In this document: positions 1 through 9,409 of the stretch, in pieces
How the letters are laid out: the number at the start of each line of letters is the position of its first letter
How positions within the stretch are numbered: the stretch's first letter is position 1
Assembly: GCA_041742355.1 (NCBI GenBank)
Contig: JBGSIV010000191.1
Coordinates: 1 to 58,656 of the forward strand
Source: Candidatus Zixiibacteriota bacterium
GTDB lineage: Bacteria > Zixibacteria > MSB-5A5 > GN15 > FEB-12
Reading direction: 5' to 3'
DNA: 58,656 nucleotides
The notes under the pieces: model-generated
Database searches by the model: none
Told to the model about the DNA's origin: nothing
The model's input: only the letters and a program-made list of their open reading frames with translations
Program-made: the position numbers and the translations under genes

Positions 1-1026
1 ATGATGCAGGTCGGCTGGACCTCGTTCTTGGTCGCCGTGCTTGGCATTATAGCCCCCTTCTTTCTTGGCTGGGGCGTGTCCGCCTGGTTCCTGCCGCATG
101 AATCCGCGTATGTTCATGCCTTTATCGGCGCCACGCTCTGCGCCACGTCGGTCGGCATCACCGCCCGCGTCCTCAAGGACATCAACAAGACCGACACGCG
201 CGAAGCCAAAATCATTCTTGGCGCCGCCGTCATCGACGATATCCTCGGCCTTGTCATTCTCGCTGTTGTCACCGGCCTCATCACCGCTGCCGGCAGCGGC
301 GCCGGCGAAGGCATATCGTCGCTCGCGATTGCGTGGATCATCGGCAAGGCGGTGCTCTTCATCGTCGGCGCCGTCGCTATCGGCGCCTTCGTGATGCCGA
401 CTGTATTCAAAGCCGCGATCCGGCTGCGGGGACAGGGAATCTTCCTGACCCTCGTCCTCATGATCTGCTTCATCTTCGCCTACGTCGCCGGTAAAATCGG
501 CCTCGCCCCGATCGTCGGGGCGTTCGCCGCCGGACTCATCCTCGAGGATGTTCACTACAGGGGTTTCCACGAACGCGGCGAACACGAAATCCACGAGCTG
601 ATCGCCCCCATCGCCGTCTTCCTCGTCCCGATCTTCTTTGTGCGCATGGGAATGATGGTCGATGTGAGCGTCTTCTGGCGCGAAACGAGCATCCTCGGCT
701 TCGCCTTTGTCCTGACTCTGGCCGCCATCATCGGCAAGCAGGTGTGTTCCCTCGGTGTGTGGGACAAGCAGACCAACCGCCTCGCGATCGGCCTGGGTAT
801 GATCCCGCGCGGCGAGGTTGGGCTCATTTTCGCCGGTATCGGCCTGACTCTGGTCCTCGACAACCACCAGGTCATTTCTCCTGAAACCTACGCTGCCGTC
901 ATCATCATGGTCCTGATCACGACTCTGGTGACGCCGCCGCTGCTGATACACTCCCTCAAGAGGAGCAGTTCGCGCACAGAGAAACCGGTGGAGAAACCGC
1001 GGAGATCCATTCCGCCGACACCGTGA
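1..1026 (+). CDS. Cation:proton antiporter (CPA2/Na+/H+ exchanger family), probably 5'-truncated by the window edge
   Basis: Multiple hydrophobic helices; motifs ATSVGITARVL, GAAVIDDILG, GAFAAGL, MIPRGEVGLI typical of CPA2 antiporters. Confidence 0.9.
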   Translation: MMQVGWTSFLVAVLGIIAPFFLGWGVSAWFLPHESAYVHAFIGATLCATSVGITARVLKDINKTDTREAKIILGAAVIDDILGLVILAVVTGLITAAGSGAGEGISSLAIAWIIGKAVLFIVGAVAIGAFVMPTVFKAAIRLRGQGIFLTLVLMICFIFAYVAGKIGLAPIVGAFAAGLILEDVHYRGFHERGEHEIHELIAPIAVFLVPIFFVRMGMMVDVSVFWRETSILGFAFVLTLAAIIGKQVCSLGVWDKQTNRLAIGLGMIPRGEVGLIFAGIGLTLVLDNHQVISPETYAAVIIMVLITTLVTPPLLIHSLKRSSSRTEKPVEKPRRSIPPTP

Positions 1027-1027
1027 C

Positions 1028-1900
1028 ATGAGTATTCTCCCCCTGACAATTGACATGTTGCGCTTCCGGTTTGGTGAGGATCCCGAGACCGATCCCGATT
1101 GGTTCACTCTCCGGATTCGCGATTACCTCAAGTACGAACCTGAGGGACGCTTCGCGCTCGCCGACGATGCTGGACCGATTGGCATGATTACGGCAATCTG
1201 CTACCAGCGCGTGGGATGGCTCGGTTGGCTCTTCGTTGTGCCGGGGCGCCGCGGACAGGGCTTCGGCGCGCAACTCATGCGTCACGGAATGGGTTACTGT
1301 ATATCTCGCGGCATGCGCACTGTACTGCTTGAGGCCGTGCTCCCGGCCGCCCCGCTCTATCGTCGCCTCGGATTCAAGGATCACTTCCGCACCCAGCACT
1401 TCGGGCTTGAGCCGGAGGACTTTGTCGCCGCCCACCCGACGCCCGATCCCAGTGTGCGCGTGCGTCCCTTCGCCCCGCAGTATCTGGGCACCGTGTCGCT
1501 GCTCGATGAACGGCAGTTCCATCAGAACCGTCGCGTGATGATCGAAATCCTCTCGGGCAACCCGGCGTTCTCGGGATGGGTGGCCGAACGGGGCGGACGG
1601 GTCGTGGGATTTCTGTTCATGACAGAGACGGCCGCCAATCGCTCGGTCGGACCGTTTATCGTCGATCCGCGTGCCGGATCAGTTGTCGGAATAGCCACGC
1701 GCCTCCTCGAGGCTGCTTTCAGCCGTCGGCCCAAGCCGCTTGTGATCCGTTGCCCGCTATTGTCGCCCGACCGGGCCGAACCGCTGCGTGCGCTTGGCGC
1801 GCGCCCGTATGATTACCAGACTATTCGGATGTTCGCCGGCGAACCGTATGCTCCTGAAGGCGACGGTGTCCTGTCGCTCGGCTGCCCCGGCAAGGGGTAG
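1028..1900 (+). CDS. GNAT-family N-acetyltransferase (tandem GNAT, YitH-like)
   Basis: Acetyl-CoA motif A FVVPGRRGQGFG, LYRRLGF; second degenerate GNAT half; starts 1 nt after the antiporter stop. Confidence 0.8.
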   Translation: MSILPLTIDMLRFRFGEDPETDPDWFTLRIRDYLKYEPEGRFALADDAGPIGMITAICYQRVGWLGWLFVVPGRRGQGFGAQLMRHGMGYCISRGMRTVLLEAVLPAAPLYRRLGFKDHFRTQHFGLEPEDFVAAHPTPDPSVRVRPFAPQYLGTVSLLDERQFHQNRRVMIEILSGNPAFSGWVAERGGRVVGFLFMTETAANRSVGPFIVDPRAGSVVGIATRLLEAAFSRRPKPLVIRCPLLSPDRAEPLRALGARPYDYQTIRMFAGEPYAPEGDGVLSLGCPGKG

Positions 1901-2171
1901 AGAGCGGTTCAAAGGGCAGGAAGTCTTCAAGGGATAGGCCGTGAGGCAACGGGTCATCAATGGGTGGGGAATCCGTACGGTCATGCAGATCCGGTTTGCG
2001 CTGTAGAGTCCCAGATGCGAGGTTGTCGGGCTTTGTTCTTGTGCATGGGTGACGGAACGGCGGGGATCTTTGTCGTGCGGCTGAAGTCGTGCGGCTGAAG
2101 ATGAGTCGGCTGAGCGATCCGATGGCGCTCTTCAGGTTCGGGTCTTGTTGTTGCGGTGGCGAAATGTCGTT

Positions 2172-2297
2172 GGTCACTCCAATTTCGGCGGTCGCTCCAA
2201 TTTCGGCGGTCGCTCCGATTTCGGCGGTCGCTCCGATTTCGGTGGTCGCTCCAATTTCGGTGGTCGCTCCAATTTCACTGTTCACTCCAGTTGCGCA
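2172..2297. repeat. 18-bp tandem repeat, 6 good units plus 1 degenerate (consensus GGTCGCTCCAATTTCGGC)
   Basis: Units start at 2172, 2190, 2208, 2226, 2244, 2262 and 2280; no spacers. Confidence 0.9.
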
Positions 2298-2385
2298 GTT
2301 CACCCGGTTTCGTTATTCCGGCCGATGTCGGAACTATTTTCCTGTCGAAGGCTGTAATTATTGTGTGACAGATCGGTAATGGGAC

Positions 2386-2413
2386 TTGACAATGGTCTCC
2401 GAACCGGTATTTT
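2386..2413 (+). promoter_or_regulatory. Putative sigma-70 promoter of the tRNA
   Basis: TTGACA (2386-2391), 16-bp spacer, TATTTT (2408-2413), 12 bp upstream of the tRNA. Confidence 0.6.
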
Positions 2414-2425
2414 GTGCGGACTGAT

Positions 2426-2480
<55 letters not shown>

Positions 2481-2499
<19 letters not shown>

Positions 2500-4154
2500 T
2501 TACTCAAGTTGGACGCTCCCCCGATAATCCCCAGAATCCCCTCAAGCTTCGGCTGCCCAATTAGCATCACCCCCGCTTTGCCGTCCTGGGTCGCTGGCAT
2601 GGCCGTCAGCCGTCCGATAAGCCCCGCGATATCCTGCCGTGCCGCCAAAGGGTCAGTGGTAATCAAATCCTGAAGCCGCTTCAGCCAATCTGAAATGCGA
2701 GGTGGCTCTACTCGAATCTTCTTCGCAGCCCGCCGATTCCTGTACTCCTCGAACTGCACGTTCAGCCCCGCGAGCTCGATCTCCTTCTGTTTGAGCGACT
2801 GCTGAATTGCGGCCGAGACTTCCCCGGTTCGGGCAACGTAGCCCACCAAGTTCTGGATCTCCCGGGTGACCGAAGCAATCCGCTTGTCAATCTTGTCCCG
2901 CTCTCCCCAGGCGGATTGCTGTTCTTCCTCGATAGCCTCGTTGACCTTTTCCACCAGGATCTGGACCACGTCGGGATTCAGAACCCGCTCTCGGAGCGCC
3001 GTCAATACCCTGTCCTCAATGTCGGCCTTGCGGATTCGGACGTTATTGGGGCAAGCCTTGTGGCCCCGCTGCCAGTTGAAACTGCAACCGTATACGATGT
3101 TCTCGGAATTACTCCCCCGAACCACGACATAGCTGGCTCCGCAAACCCCGCACTTCAGGAGGCCGGACATGACGTAATGGTTCCGAGGCGTCGGGTTGCC
3201 CCGGACGTATCTCCGGGAGTTACCGGCGAACCGTGCTTGCACGGCATTCCACGTGTCCTGGTCGATAATCGCCAACTTCGGGTCTTTGTGCTCTACCCAA
3301 TCGTCCTTCGGCCGCTCCACCCTCACCCGCTTGCCGGTATTCCGCTTGCGGACGTACTTGTTCTTATTCCAGGTCCAGTCTCCAATGTACTTGGTATTTT
3401 GGAGCATTACTCGAATGGCATGAGGACACCAAGTCGGATTCGGATTTCCCCTGTTGCGCTTGTCCTGGGCTGCCGGGGGTTCAATGCCTTGCTCGTTGAG
3501 CGCCGCTGCAACCGCCTTAAGGCCGTATCCATCGGCATAGAGTGCAAAGATGAGCTTGATTGCCCGAGCCTGTTCGGGGTCTACGCTGATTGCCGTGCCC
3601 AAACGCCTCGTCAGCCCGGTACTCCTGTCGCGGGCTCCAGACGGATCTAAAACAGGCTCGTACCTATACCCAAAGGTCTTTCCACCAGGATTATACCCTT
3701 GGAGAACCTGATCCTCCATACCGCGCTTCGTCTTCTTGGCGAGGTCCCGGCTGTATAGGGCATCTTTGATCCCGAAGACCGGGAGGATCACGTCTTGTGT
3801 CGTTTCGTCCTCGGTGTCGATATTATCTGACACGAAATGGACGAAGACACCTGCATCCTTCAACTCTTCGACTGACTGAAAGAGATCCAGTTTATTTCTG
3901 GCAAGTCTGGAGGTATCGTCAATCAGGACCCGATCAAACGGTCGGGGGCGCTTGGACGCTGCCCGCAGTAACTGGTGCAACGCATCCCGGCCCTCGGCGC
4001 TAGTCCCAGACACGGCGCGGTCAGCGTAAATGTGTTCCTCAGTGATAGTCCACCCGCGTTCTCGGGCACGTTTCCGGCAGTTACGGACCTGTTGCTCGAT
4101 AGAGCGGTCGTTCTGCCTGTCACTTGAGTATCTGGCGTAGATTGCACAGCGCAT
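2481..4154 (-). CDS. Large serine recombinase (integrase)
   Basis: CAIYARYSS catalytic Ser motif, DDTSRLAR, recombinase domain, Zn-ribbon LLKCGVCG..YGC..C, coiled coil; stop codon lies inside the tRNA T-arm. Confidence 0.95.
2490..2513. other. attL of the LSR element (core plus P' arm)
   Basis: P' arm GCCATTACTCAAGTTGGA (2496-2513) is the reverse complement of 24679-24696 at 16 of 18 positions. Confidence 0.85.
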
Positions 4155-4163
4155 ACTACAACT

Positions 4164-4412
4164 CTACAGCGGATTCCCCCGTTTGGCAATCACAAATGGC
4201 CGACGGCGGCGAGATTCATGCAACGATTCCGGCACCTGCTTCGCAGCTCGGCAGCACGACTGCCCGGCAGACTCCGAATCCTGCGGCGAGTTCTGCTCCT
4301 CTTCCAGGATCTTCTTCGCAATGGCCTTGGCTAGAAAATTCAGGAAGCGGTCCCAATCGGGATCGTCAAGAATCCCCTCGGATTCTCCGATATGCAGCCC
4401 CTCATCCTTCAA
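4164..4412 (-). CDS. Small hypothetical protein directly upstream of the integrase (candidate directionality factor)
   Basis: 82-aa ORF overlapping the stop of the upstream gene and ending 9 bp before the LSR start; function inferred from position only. Confidence 0.5.
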   Translation of the reverse strand: MKDEGLHIGESEGILDDPDWDRFLNFLAKAIAKKILEEEQNSPQDSESAGQSCCRAAKQVPESLHESRRRRPFVIAKRGNPL

Positions 4413-4993
4413 CGCCGTTTCTTTCGTTTCCCTATGACTTCGCTGTGCAGCTTGGCTATCTCGTAGGACATCCGAAGCATTTTGTTCGCAATTTGGGTCT
4501 GCTTGCGCCTTGACCGCGTTCGCTGGAACCGTTCCTCAAGCAGAGGCATCACGTCAAGGTAAGCGAAAAACGATGACCATTTCGTCTTGCCTTCCTGCTG
4601 GCTCTGATAGGTGAGCTTGTAGCATACCCGACAGGCGAAGTACTTCTGGCCTGGAGGCAGGTACAAAAGGCGGCACCGCCGGTAGCAGCTCGGGCAGTTG
4701 AACCACCAGCGGGAGTTGCCAAAGAAGCAGGGAGTTGTCTCCAGGCAGACGTAGTACGAGAGGTTTTCGGGTTCACCAGAGCGGGGCGTAAGGGTGTAGG
4801 TCAGTAGCAGCGAGGTTTCCGGGATGACTTTCCAAGCGATCATGCTCTCTTTCCCCAACCCACTCGTCCAGGTCGAGTAGCCTGTCTGAGCCAAGGTGAA
4901 GTCGATCTTTTTGGCAAGCCTGCTCATATCCAACCTCAGACACGCCTCCGTCTGCGTCTTTTTCCAGAAGACGCCTCGTCCTACATGAGCCAT
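4409..4993 (-). CDS. Hypothetical Cys-rich (Zn-binding) basic protein of integrative elements
   Basis: WWFNCPSC..RCRLLY..FACRVCYKLTYQSQ; ATG 4993 chosen because of a GGGAGA RBS (ORF track starts at 5008). Confidence 0.7.
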   Translation of the reverse strand: MAHVGRGVFWKKTQTEACLRLDMSRLAKKIDFTLAQTGYSTWTSGLGKESMIAWKVIPETSLLLTYTLTPRSGEPENLSYYVCLETTPCFFGNSRWWFNCPSCYRRCRLLYLPPGQKYFACRVCYKLTYQSQQEGKTKWSSFFAYLDVMPLLEERFQRTRSRRKQTQIANKMLRMSYEIAKLHSEVIGKRKKRR

Positions 4994-5236
4994 GGACATT
5001 TCTCCCACTTTTCGAAATCAATAGAGAAAGCGGACATTTCCTGAAACACTGACGCGGCGCGTACGCTGTTACTAGTCAGTAGGTTAAGTCTCCAGTTCCG
5101 AACTTCATCCGAGTGTCGCATGTGCCTTACAAATCTGGCTCTTTTTGGCTCACCAAAACTGGGCGGACAAGGTCGGTCAAGCCCCACAGAAATCTCCCCA
5201 CTGAGCCTCGATCTCACTGTACCCATATCTTATCCC

Positions 5237-5548
5237 TCACTTCCGATCATTCGCACCCTGCGGCGATTTGGGGTCGTGCAAGTCCTTGTCGTTCAATCCG
5301 CGTTTTGCGGCAGTTTCTGGCGGTTGAGACCGGGTTCCTATCTGCTTTCGGATGCTATCAACTTGGTCCTCGGACACGATCACATCCCAGGCCCGGGTGC
5401 CATCCGGATAGTAGTAACGGGCGGAGTGACAGCAGCCCTTGCGGCGGATGAGCCGTTCATACAAGCTCCGGTCTTCAGTGTAGACCCGATACTCGCAGCC
5501 GAACCACCGGCTGATCTCTGTCGCCCCAGCGTTATCTGTCCTTGTCAT
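5237..5548 (-). CDS. Hypothetical protein
   Basis: 103-aa ORF whose start overlaps the stop of the upstream gene (ATGA). Confidence 0.55.
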   Translation of the reverse strand: MTRTDNAGATEISRWFGCEYRVYTEDRSLYERLIRRKGCCHSARYYYPDGTRAWDVIVSEDQVDSIRKQIGTRSQPPETAAKRGLNDKDLHDPKSPQGANDRK

Positions 5549-6348
5549 TTTGCCCCCACCCCATTGTCACTATTGCCCCCACATGAATCAGTATCCAATG
5601 GGATACTGGAGGTCTTTTTCTTCAAGGCTTCTCTGCGACTGTGTGTAGGAGCAGGAACAGGGAAACAGCGTCGGATCTCTGAGGCTTTGTTCTCCCAGAC
5701 CCGAGGAGTGCCCGGCGTGTATTCGATCAGCCCGACAGCAGCAAGTGCAACAAGATCCTGCCCGATGCGGCTGCGGTCCTTGCCGAGGGCTTCGGCCAGT
5801 TCACGGTGACTCACGAAGATTAGACCGCCCTTGCCGACTCGTCGCTTTCGTTCGAAGTGGGGCAGAATACCGGAGTAGAGCAGCACTTGGCGCGAAGTCA
5901 GGTAATGCGACCAGTGGTAGTCAAAGAAAGCCATATCGTTGACATCCTTTTGTTTTGATCGGACGCGATTGATCCACGGGCACTCCTCACCGATGCAGAG
6001 GGACTTCAGAACCGCATGGCCGCAGGAGTAGTTGTATTTTCCGAGATAACCATTGTTGACGGCTTTGCGCAGTTCATTGAGCCGAAGAGGCGGCTGGTGA
6101 TATTTATTCCATTGCTCGACTCGCAAGTAGCCCTCGTCGTAGTTCTTGCCAATCCTGTCCATTTCGGTTGCGATGATCAAGGCCGCCTCGTTGCGATTGG
6201 GGAAGTCCCCCTTTTTGAGGGCCATCTCCATGAGTTGCGCGATACACGGTCGAATGTCCTGGGCCGGATGGGTGACTGCCTTGGAGACCTCACCTGAGGC
6301 GATCAGGCCCTTTTCGATCCGCGTGGCTGCCTTTGTGTCAAATTCCAT
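5545..6348 (-). CDS. Putative replication protein: primase C-terminal-like (PriCT/PriL-like) domain plus winged HTH
   Basis: RPCI..RNEAA..WN..PPL..EL..NYSC..C..C followed by VSHRELAEALGKDRSRIGQDLVALAAVGLIEY (wHTH). Confidence 0.6.
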   Translation of the reverse strand: MEFDTKAATRIEKGLIASGEVSKAVTHPAQDIRPCIAQLMEMALKKGDFPNRNEAALIIATEMDRIGKNYDEGYLRVEQWNKYHQPPLRLNELRKAVNNGYLGKYNYSCGHAVLKSLCIGEECPWINRVRSKQKDVNDMAFFDYHWSHYLTSRQVLLYSGILPHFERKRRVGKGGLIFVSHRELAEALGKDRSRIGQDLVALAAVGLIEYTPGTPRVWENKASEIRRCFPVPAPTHSRREALKKKTSSIPLDTDSCGGNSDNGVGAK

Positions 6349-6387
6349 TTGCTGTCGCTGCCAGATCCTTTGGCAGTCTCTTTCATT

Positions 6388-6651
6388 TCATTGTAAATGC
6401 CCACCGAGCCCTCCCGAACTGGCCATGGCCTTGAGGGTCTTAAGTGTATCCAGGAAAGCGAGGGGTTCAACGGATGCGCGTCGGTTCACGAAGTCGATTG
6501 CGTTTCTGTCGAGATCAGGCGTTCTCTGAAGCAGAAAGGTTGCTCTGCCGCGATTGCTTTGACTAATGGAGTGCAGGGAATAGCCGGAGAGGATTAGGTA
6601 TGCAGCGAGGGCGATGTCGGGGGTTCGAAAGTCGCTGTTGGTATCTCTCAT
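6388..6651 (-). CDS. Small DUF5659-like protein
   Basis: FRTPDIALAAYL..GY..GRATF..F..VEPLAF pattern; start placed at ATG 6651, downstream of the predicted sigma-54 promoter. Confidence 0.65.
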   Translation of the reverse strand: MRDTNSDFRTPDIALAAYLILSGYSLHSISQSNRGRATFLLQRTPDLDRNAIDFVNRRASVEPLAFLDTLKTLKAMASSGGLGGHLQ

Positions 6652-6698
6652 CTCATAGCATCCATGCAGGACGATGTTTTCATCTGCACAAATGCAAA

Positions 6699-6713
6699 TC
6701 AAGAACCGTGCCA
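6699..6713 (-). promoter_or_regulatory. Putative sigma-54 (-24/-12) promoter
   Basis: Minus strand reads TGGCAC-GGTTC-TTGA against consensus TGGCAC-N5-TTGC. Confidence 0.7.
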
Positions 6714-6742
6714 ATTATGGAGAAAAAAGAGAATACAAAGAA

Positions 6743-6755
6743 TCTCAAGGGGTTA
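6743..6755 (+). promoter_or_regulatory. Putative IHF site
   Basis: TCTCAAGGGGTTA against WATCAANNNNTTR (one mismatch), with an A-rich tract on its 5' side; lies between promoter and enhancer. Confidence 0.5.
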
Positions 6756-6800
6756 CATGAAATAGCAAGAGCGGATCAAAGCGACTTTCACCTTGGCTGC

Positions 6801-6835
6801 TCGGAGTAATTCCGAAAATCTCGGAACTACTCCGA
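6801..6835. promoter_or_regulatory. Putative enhancer (UAS): two palindromes TCGGA-N5-TCCGA, centres 20 bp apart
   Basis: TCGGAGTAATTCCGA (6801-6815) and TCGGAACTACTCCGA (6821-6835). Confidence 0.6.
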
Positions 6836-8308
6836 ACCGTATTGCTTCCGCTTGACTTTGATAGTCTTGTCAGACAAGCCTGTCATCTTCGCGATCCGAT
6901 TGTCAGTGTACTGACCGTATTTCGAAAACAATCGCCGAAAGAACTGGCGGTCGAAATCTTCCTTTGCGTCTCTATAGCGGTCAATGGCTTTGCGCGGCGA
7001 TTGCTCTTCGGAAGAGGTACGAACGCTCTGCCTGAAGCCGAAGTAATTGAGGCTGATCTGTACGGCAAGTTGACTTATGGAACGCCGGTCGGCACCACCA
7101 TATCGGGGCGGCTTGGACTTTTTTCCCAGCTTGACCCCGAGATCTGGAAGGTCATCGATCAGGAGATTCCCATAGTGAAGGATTGTGACTTGCTTCGGTA
7201 TGCCTTCGAGCCTCAAGAGTCCTAAAAACTTGATCGGCTTTGAACCAATACGCATGGATGATAGAATCGTTGGTTCAATGACAGTTGAACCATCATCCGA
7301 CATTTGAGCAAGGAATCTGTAGATTCCGCTGATCGGCTTGTTGTCACTCGTTTCGCCTACTTGCAGGAAGTACAGGAACTCAAGATACTTGCGAAGCTCT
7401 ACAGAAACACCATAGGCAAGGTACCCGGGAAGGTCCTCGTCCAGTCGGCAGGCATATTCCTCCGGCTTGCAGAATATTGGCCTATTCAGTTCGAAGTACC
7501 TTTCAAGTTTTTCGTCAAGCTGTTCCGCCAGAGGATAAAACTCCGTGACGGCCGGAAAGAGGCGGATCGTCGAACCTAGCGACCTATGCGCTGCATAGGT
7601 ACAAAAAGCCCCAAGCTCACGAACATTTCCGCGCCACTCGTTGACCAGGCAGAATGCCAAGAAATGGAAGTCCATCGATTCAAAATCGAAAGGCTTGAGG
7701 TATTTCCGGAGAAGCGGAAGCATCACTTGACTACTCATCACATGCGACAGACGCTCGGTTGTGATCAGGATGGATCTAATCCTGTACAGGAGATCCGGCC
7801 GGAAATCCCGGGCATCGAAGACGTTCTTGCTCGTGGCTGCCACTATGCGCACGTCCGTCCTAACCGGAGGCTGCTCGCTGCCGAGCGGCATCACTTCCCC
7901 GGTCTCCAGGAATCGGAGCAGACCCGACTGTGCATCCGGGGGCAAGTCTCCGATTTCATCGAGAAATACGGTGCCCCCATTTGCCCTGGCAAATAGACCC
8001 TTCTTAGTGTGATCAGCCCCCGTGAATGCTCCTTTCATATGACCGAACAGCTCAGAATACAGCAGGTCGCGCGGGTAGAATGCACAGTTTATAGAGAGGA
8101 AGCGGTCCGGGCTGCGTTTGCCGTTGTCCCTAATGAGCCCTGCGATGAGTTCTTTTCCTGTGCCAGTAGGACCGTAGATTAGGACAGGCAGGTCACAGCG
8201 ACTTGCCAAATAGATCTGTTCGAAGACTTCGGGCCGTTTAGTTACCAGAATCTCAGTCGCCCTCACTAGAAAGTCCTGGAACTCCCGCGTTATTTTCGTC
8301 TGTGGCAT
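6827..8308 (-). CDS. Sigma-54-dependent enhancer-binding protein (bEBP) without an N-terminal sensor domain
   Basis: Walker A GPTGTGKE, SELFGHMKGAFTGA (intact GAFTGA), Walker B FLDEIG, FRPDLLYR, WRGNVREL, C-terminal HTH; likely start ATG 8308 (ORF track 8389). Confidence 0.9.
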   Translation of the reverse strand: MPQTKITREFQDFLVRATEILVTKRPEVFEQIYLASRCDLPVLIYGPTGTGKELIAGLIRDNGKRSPDRFLSINCAFYPRDLLYSELFGHMKGAFTGADHTKKGLFARANGGTVFLDEIGDLPPDAQSGLLRFLETGEVMPLGSEQPPVRTDVRIVAATSKNVFDARDFRPDLLYRIRSILITTERLSHVMSSQVMLPLLRKYLKPFDFESMDFHFLAFCLVNEWRGNVRELGAFCTYAAHRSLGSTIRLFPAVTEFYPLAEQLDEKLERYFELNRPIFCKPEEYACRLDEDLPGYLAYGVSVELRKYLEFLYFLQVGETSDNKPISGIYRFLAQMSDDGSTVIEPTILSSMRIGSKPIKFLGLLRLEGIPKQVTILHYGNLLIDDLPDLGVKLGKKSKPPRYGGADRRSISQLAVQISLNYFGFRQSVRTSSEEQSPRKAIDRYRDAKEDFDRQFFRRLFSKYGQYTDNRIAKMTGLSDKTIKVKRKQYGSE

Positions 8309-8514
8309 TTCGCTATTCTCTCGTTCGTGTTCTAGCTCTCCGGAACATGCCTGAATCGGCTGTCGGCTCTTGAGGTCCCCCAAAGGCATTCCCCCCAGCC
8401 GAATCGAAAGGTTAGTGAACGGGCCAGGTTCAGTTCCAAGGTGAGACTAACTTCGAGGATCGTCAACGATAATCAGTGCCGCGTCGTGAATGGCAAATCG
8501 CCCGTACCCAGCCA

Positions 8515-8799
8515 CTAAAGATCGATCCCCTTCTCCTTGGCAATCTCGGCCACTGACTTCCTTCGCGGCCGAGCCTTGATATTCTCCCGGGCAAGGTAGT
8601 CGATTAGAGCCAACGAGACAAATTCGCTCTGCGACATTCCCCGGTGCTCAGACTCGCTCTCGATTATCTCGATAATCCGCACGGGAAGGTTGAATGTCTT
8701 GGGTTTGAGTTCAATCCCTTTAGGGGGACGCCCCCGCCCATCAACTTGCTTTGTGGTCTTGGACCGGGAGAGAAGGCTGTCTTTCGTTCTCTTGACCAT
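8515..8799 (-). CDS. Ribbon-helix-helix (CopG-like) DNA-binding protein
   Basis: GRPPKG..KTFNLP..IESESEHRGMSQSEFVSLALIDYL. Confidence 0.7.
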   Translation of the reverse strand: MVKRTKDSLLSRSKTTKQVDGRGRPPKGIELKPKTFNLPVRIIEIIESESEHRGMSQSEFVSLALIDYLARENIKARPRRKSVAEIAKEKGIDL

Positions 8800-9409
8800 G
8801 ATGATTCAATCCTCCAATATCTTCGCGTGCTATAAAATCAAGCCAGTACATACTTCACGCACCTGCGAACAGCGCCAATAAGTAATAGGCGTCGTAATAT
8901 GTCAACTTTTTTTCATAATTATTTGTGTTTGTGGCGGTTGGCCTCGTCCTGGCCGAGACTCCGAAAACCTCGCTCCACTAAGACTCAGCTTGGAGAGGCC
9001 GCCGACAAGGAATCGAATGGCCGATCCGAGCAGAATTTGGCAGAGAGGTTGAGGAGCGGAAGTTCGCTTATCGCTTCAGGCGCTTAAGCTCACTTCGCGC
9101 CTCAATCGGTCTGCATGCATGATCTGATCACTAAGGCAATCAAGAAGTGGATTGACTATCCTGAAGCCACAGTGTAATTTATCATAGTCCGCTGGTCAGG
9201 AGTTGCTTAACTGGGGAGTCTAATCCCAAATCGCATGGAAGGGACTTCGCTGAGTTGCTTGAGGACTTCAACTTGTTGACTCAACTGGTGACCTGCCCGG
9301 AATCCCATTCCCGCGAATCGTGCGGAACCGGCATCAAACTGAGACAAGCGGCTCACGGGGTTCAAGACAAGATTCTGATACGGACTGTAACAACGAGGGT
9401 GGGTGATAC

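Noticed and set aside
2172-2297. Possible CRISPR array
   Set aside because: Units are contiguous with no unique spacers, and there are no cas genes in the window
1821-2379. ORFs with EIGATA / VAPISA / RSNFGG repeats
   Set aside because: Several frames are open simply because the 18-bp unit lacks stops; no RBS or recognisable domain
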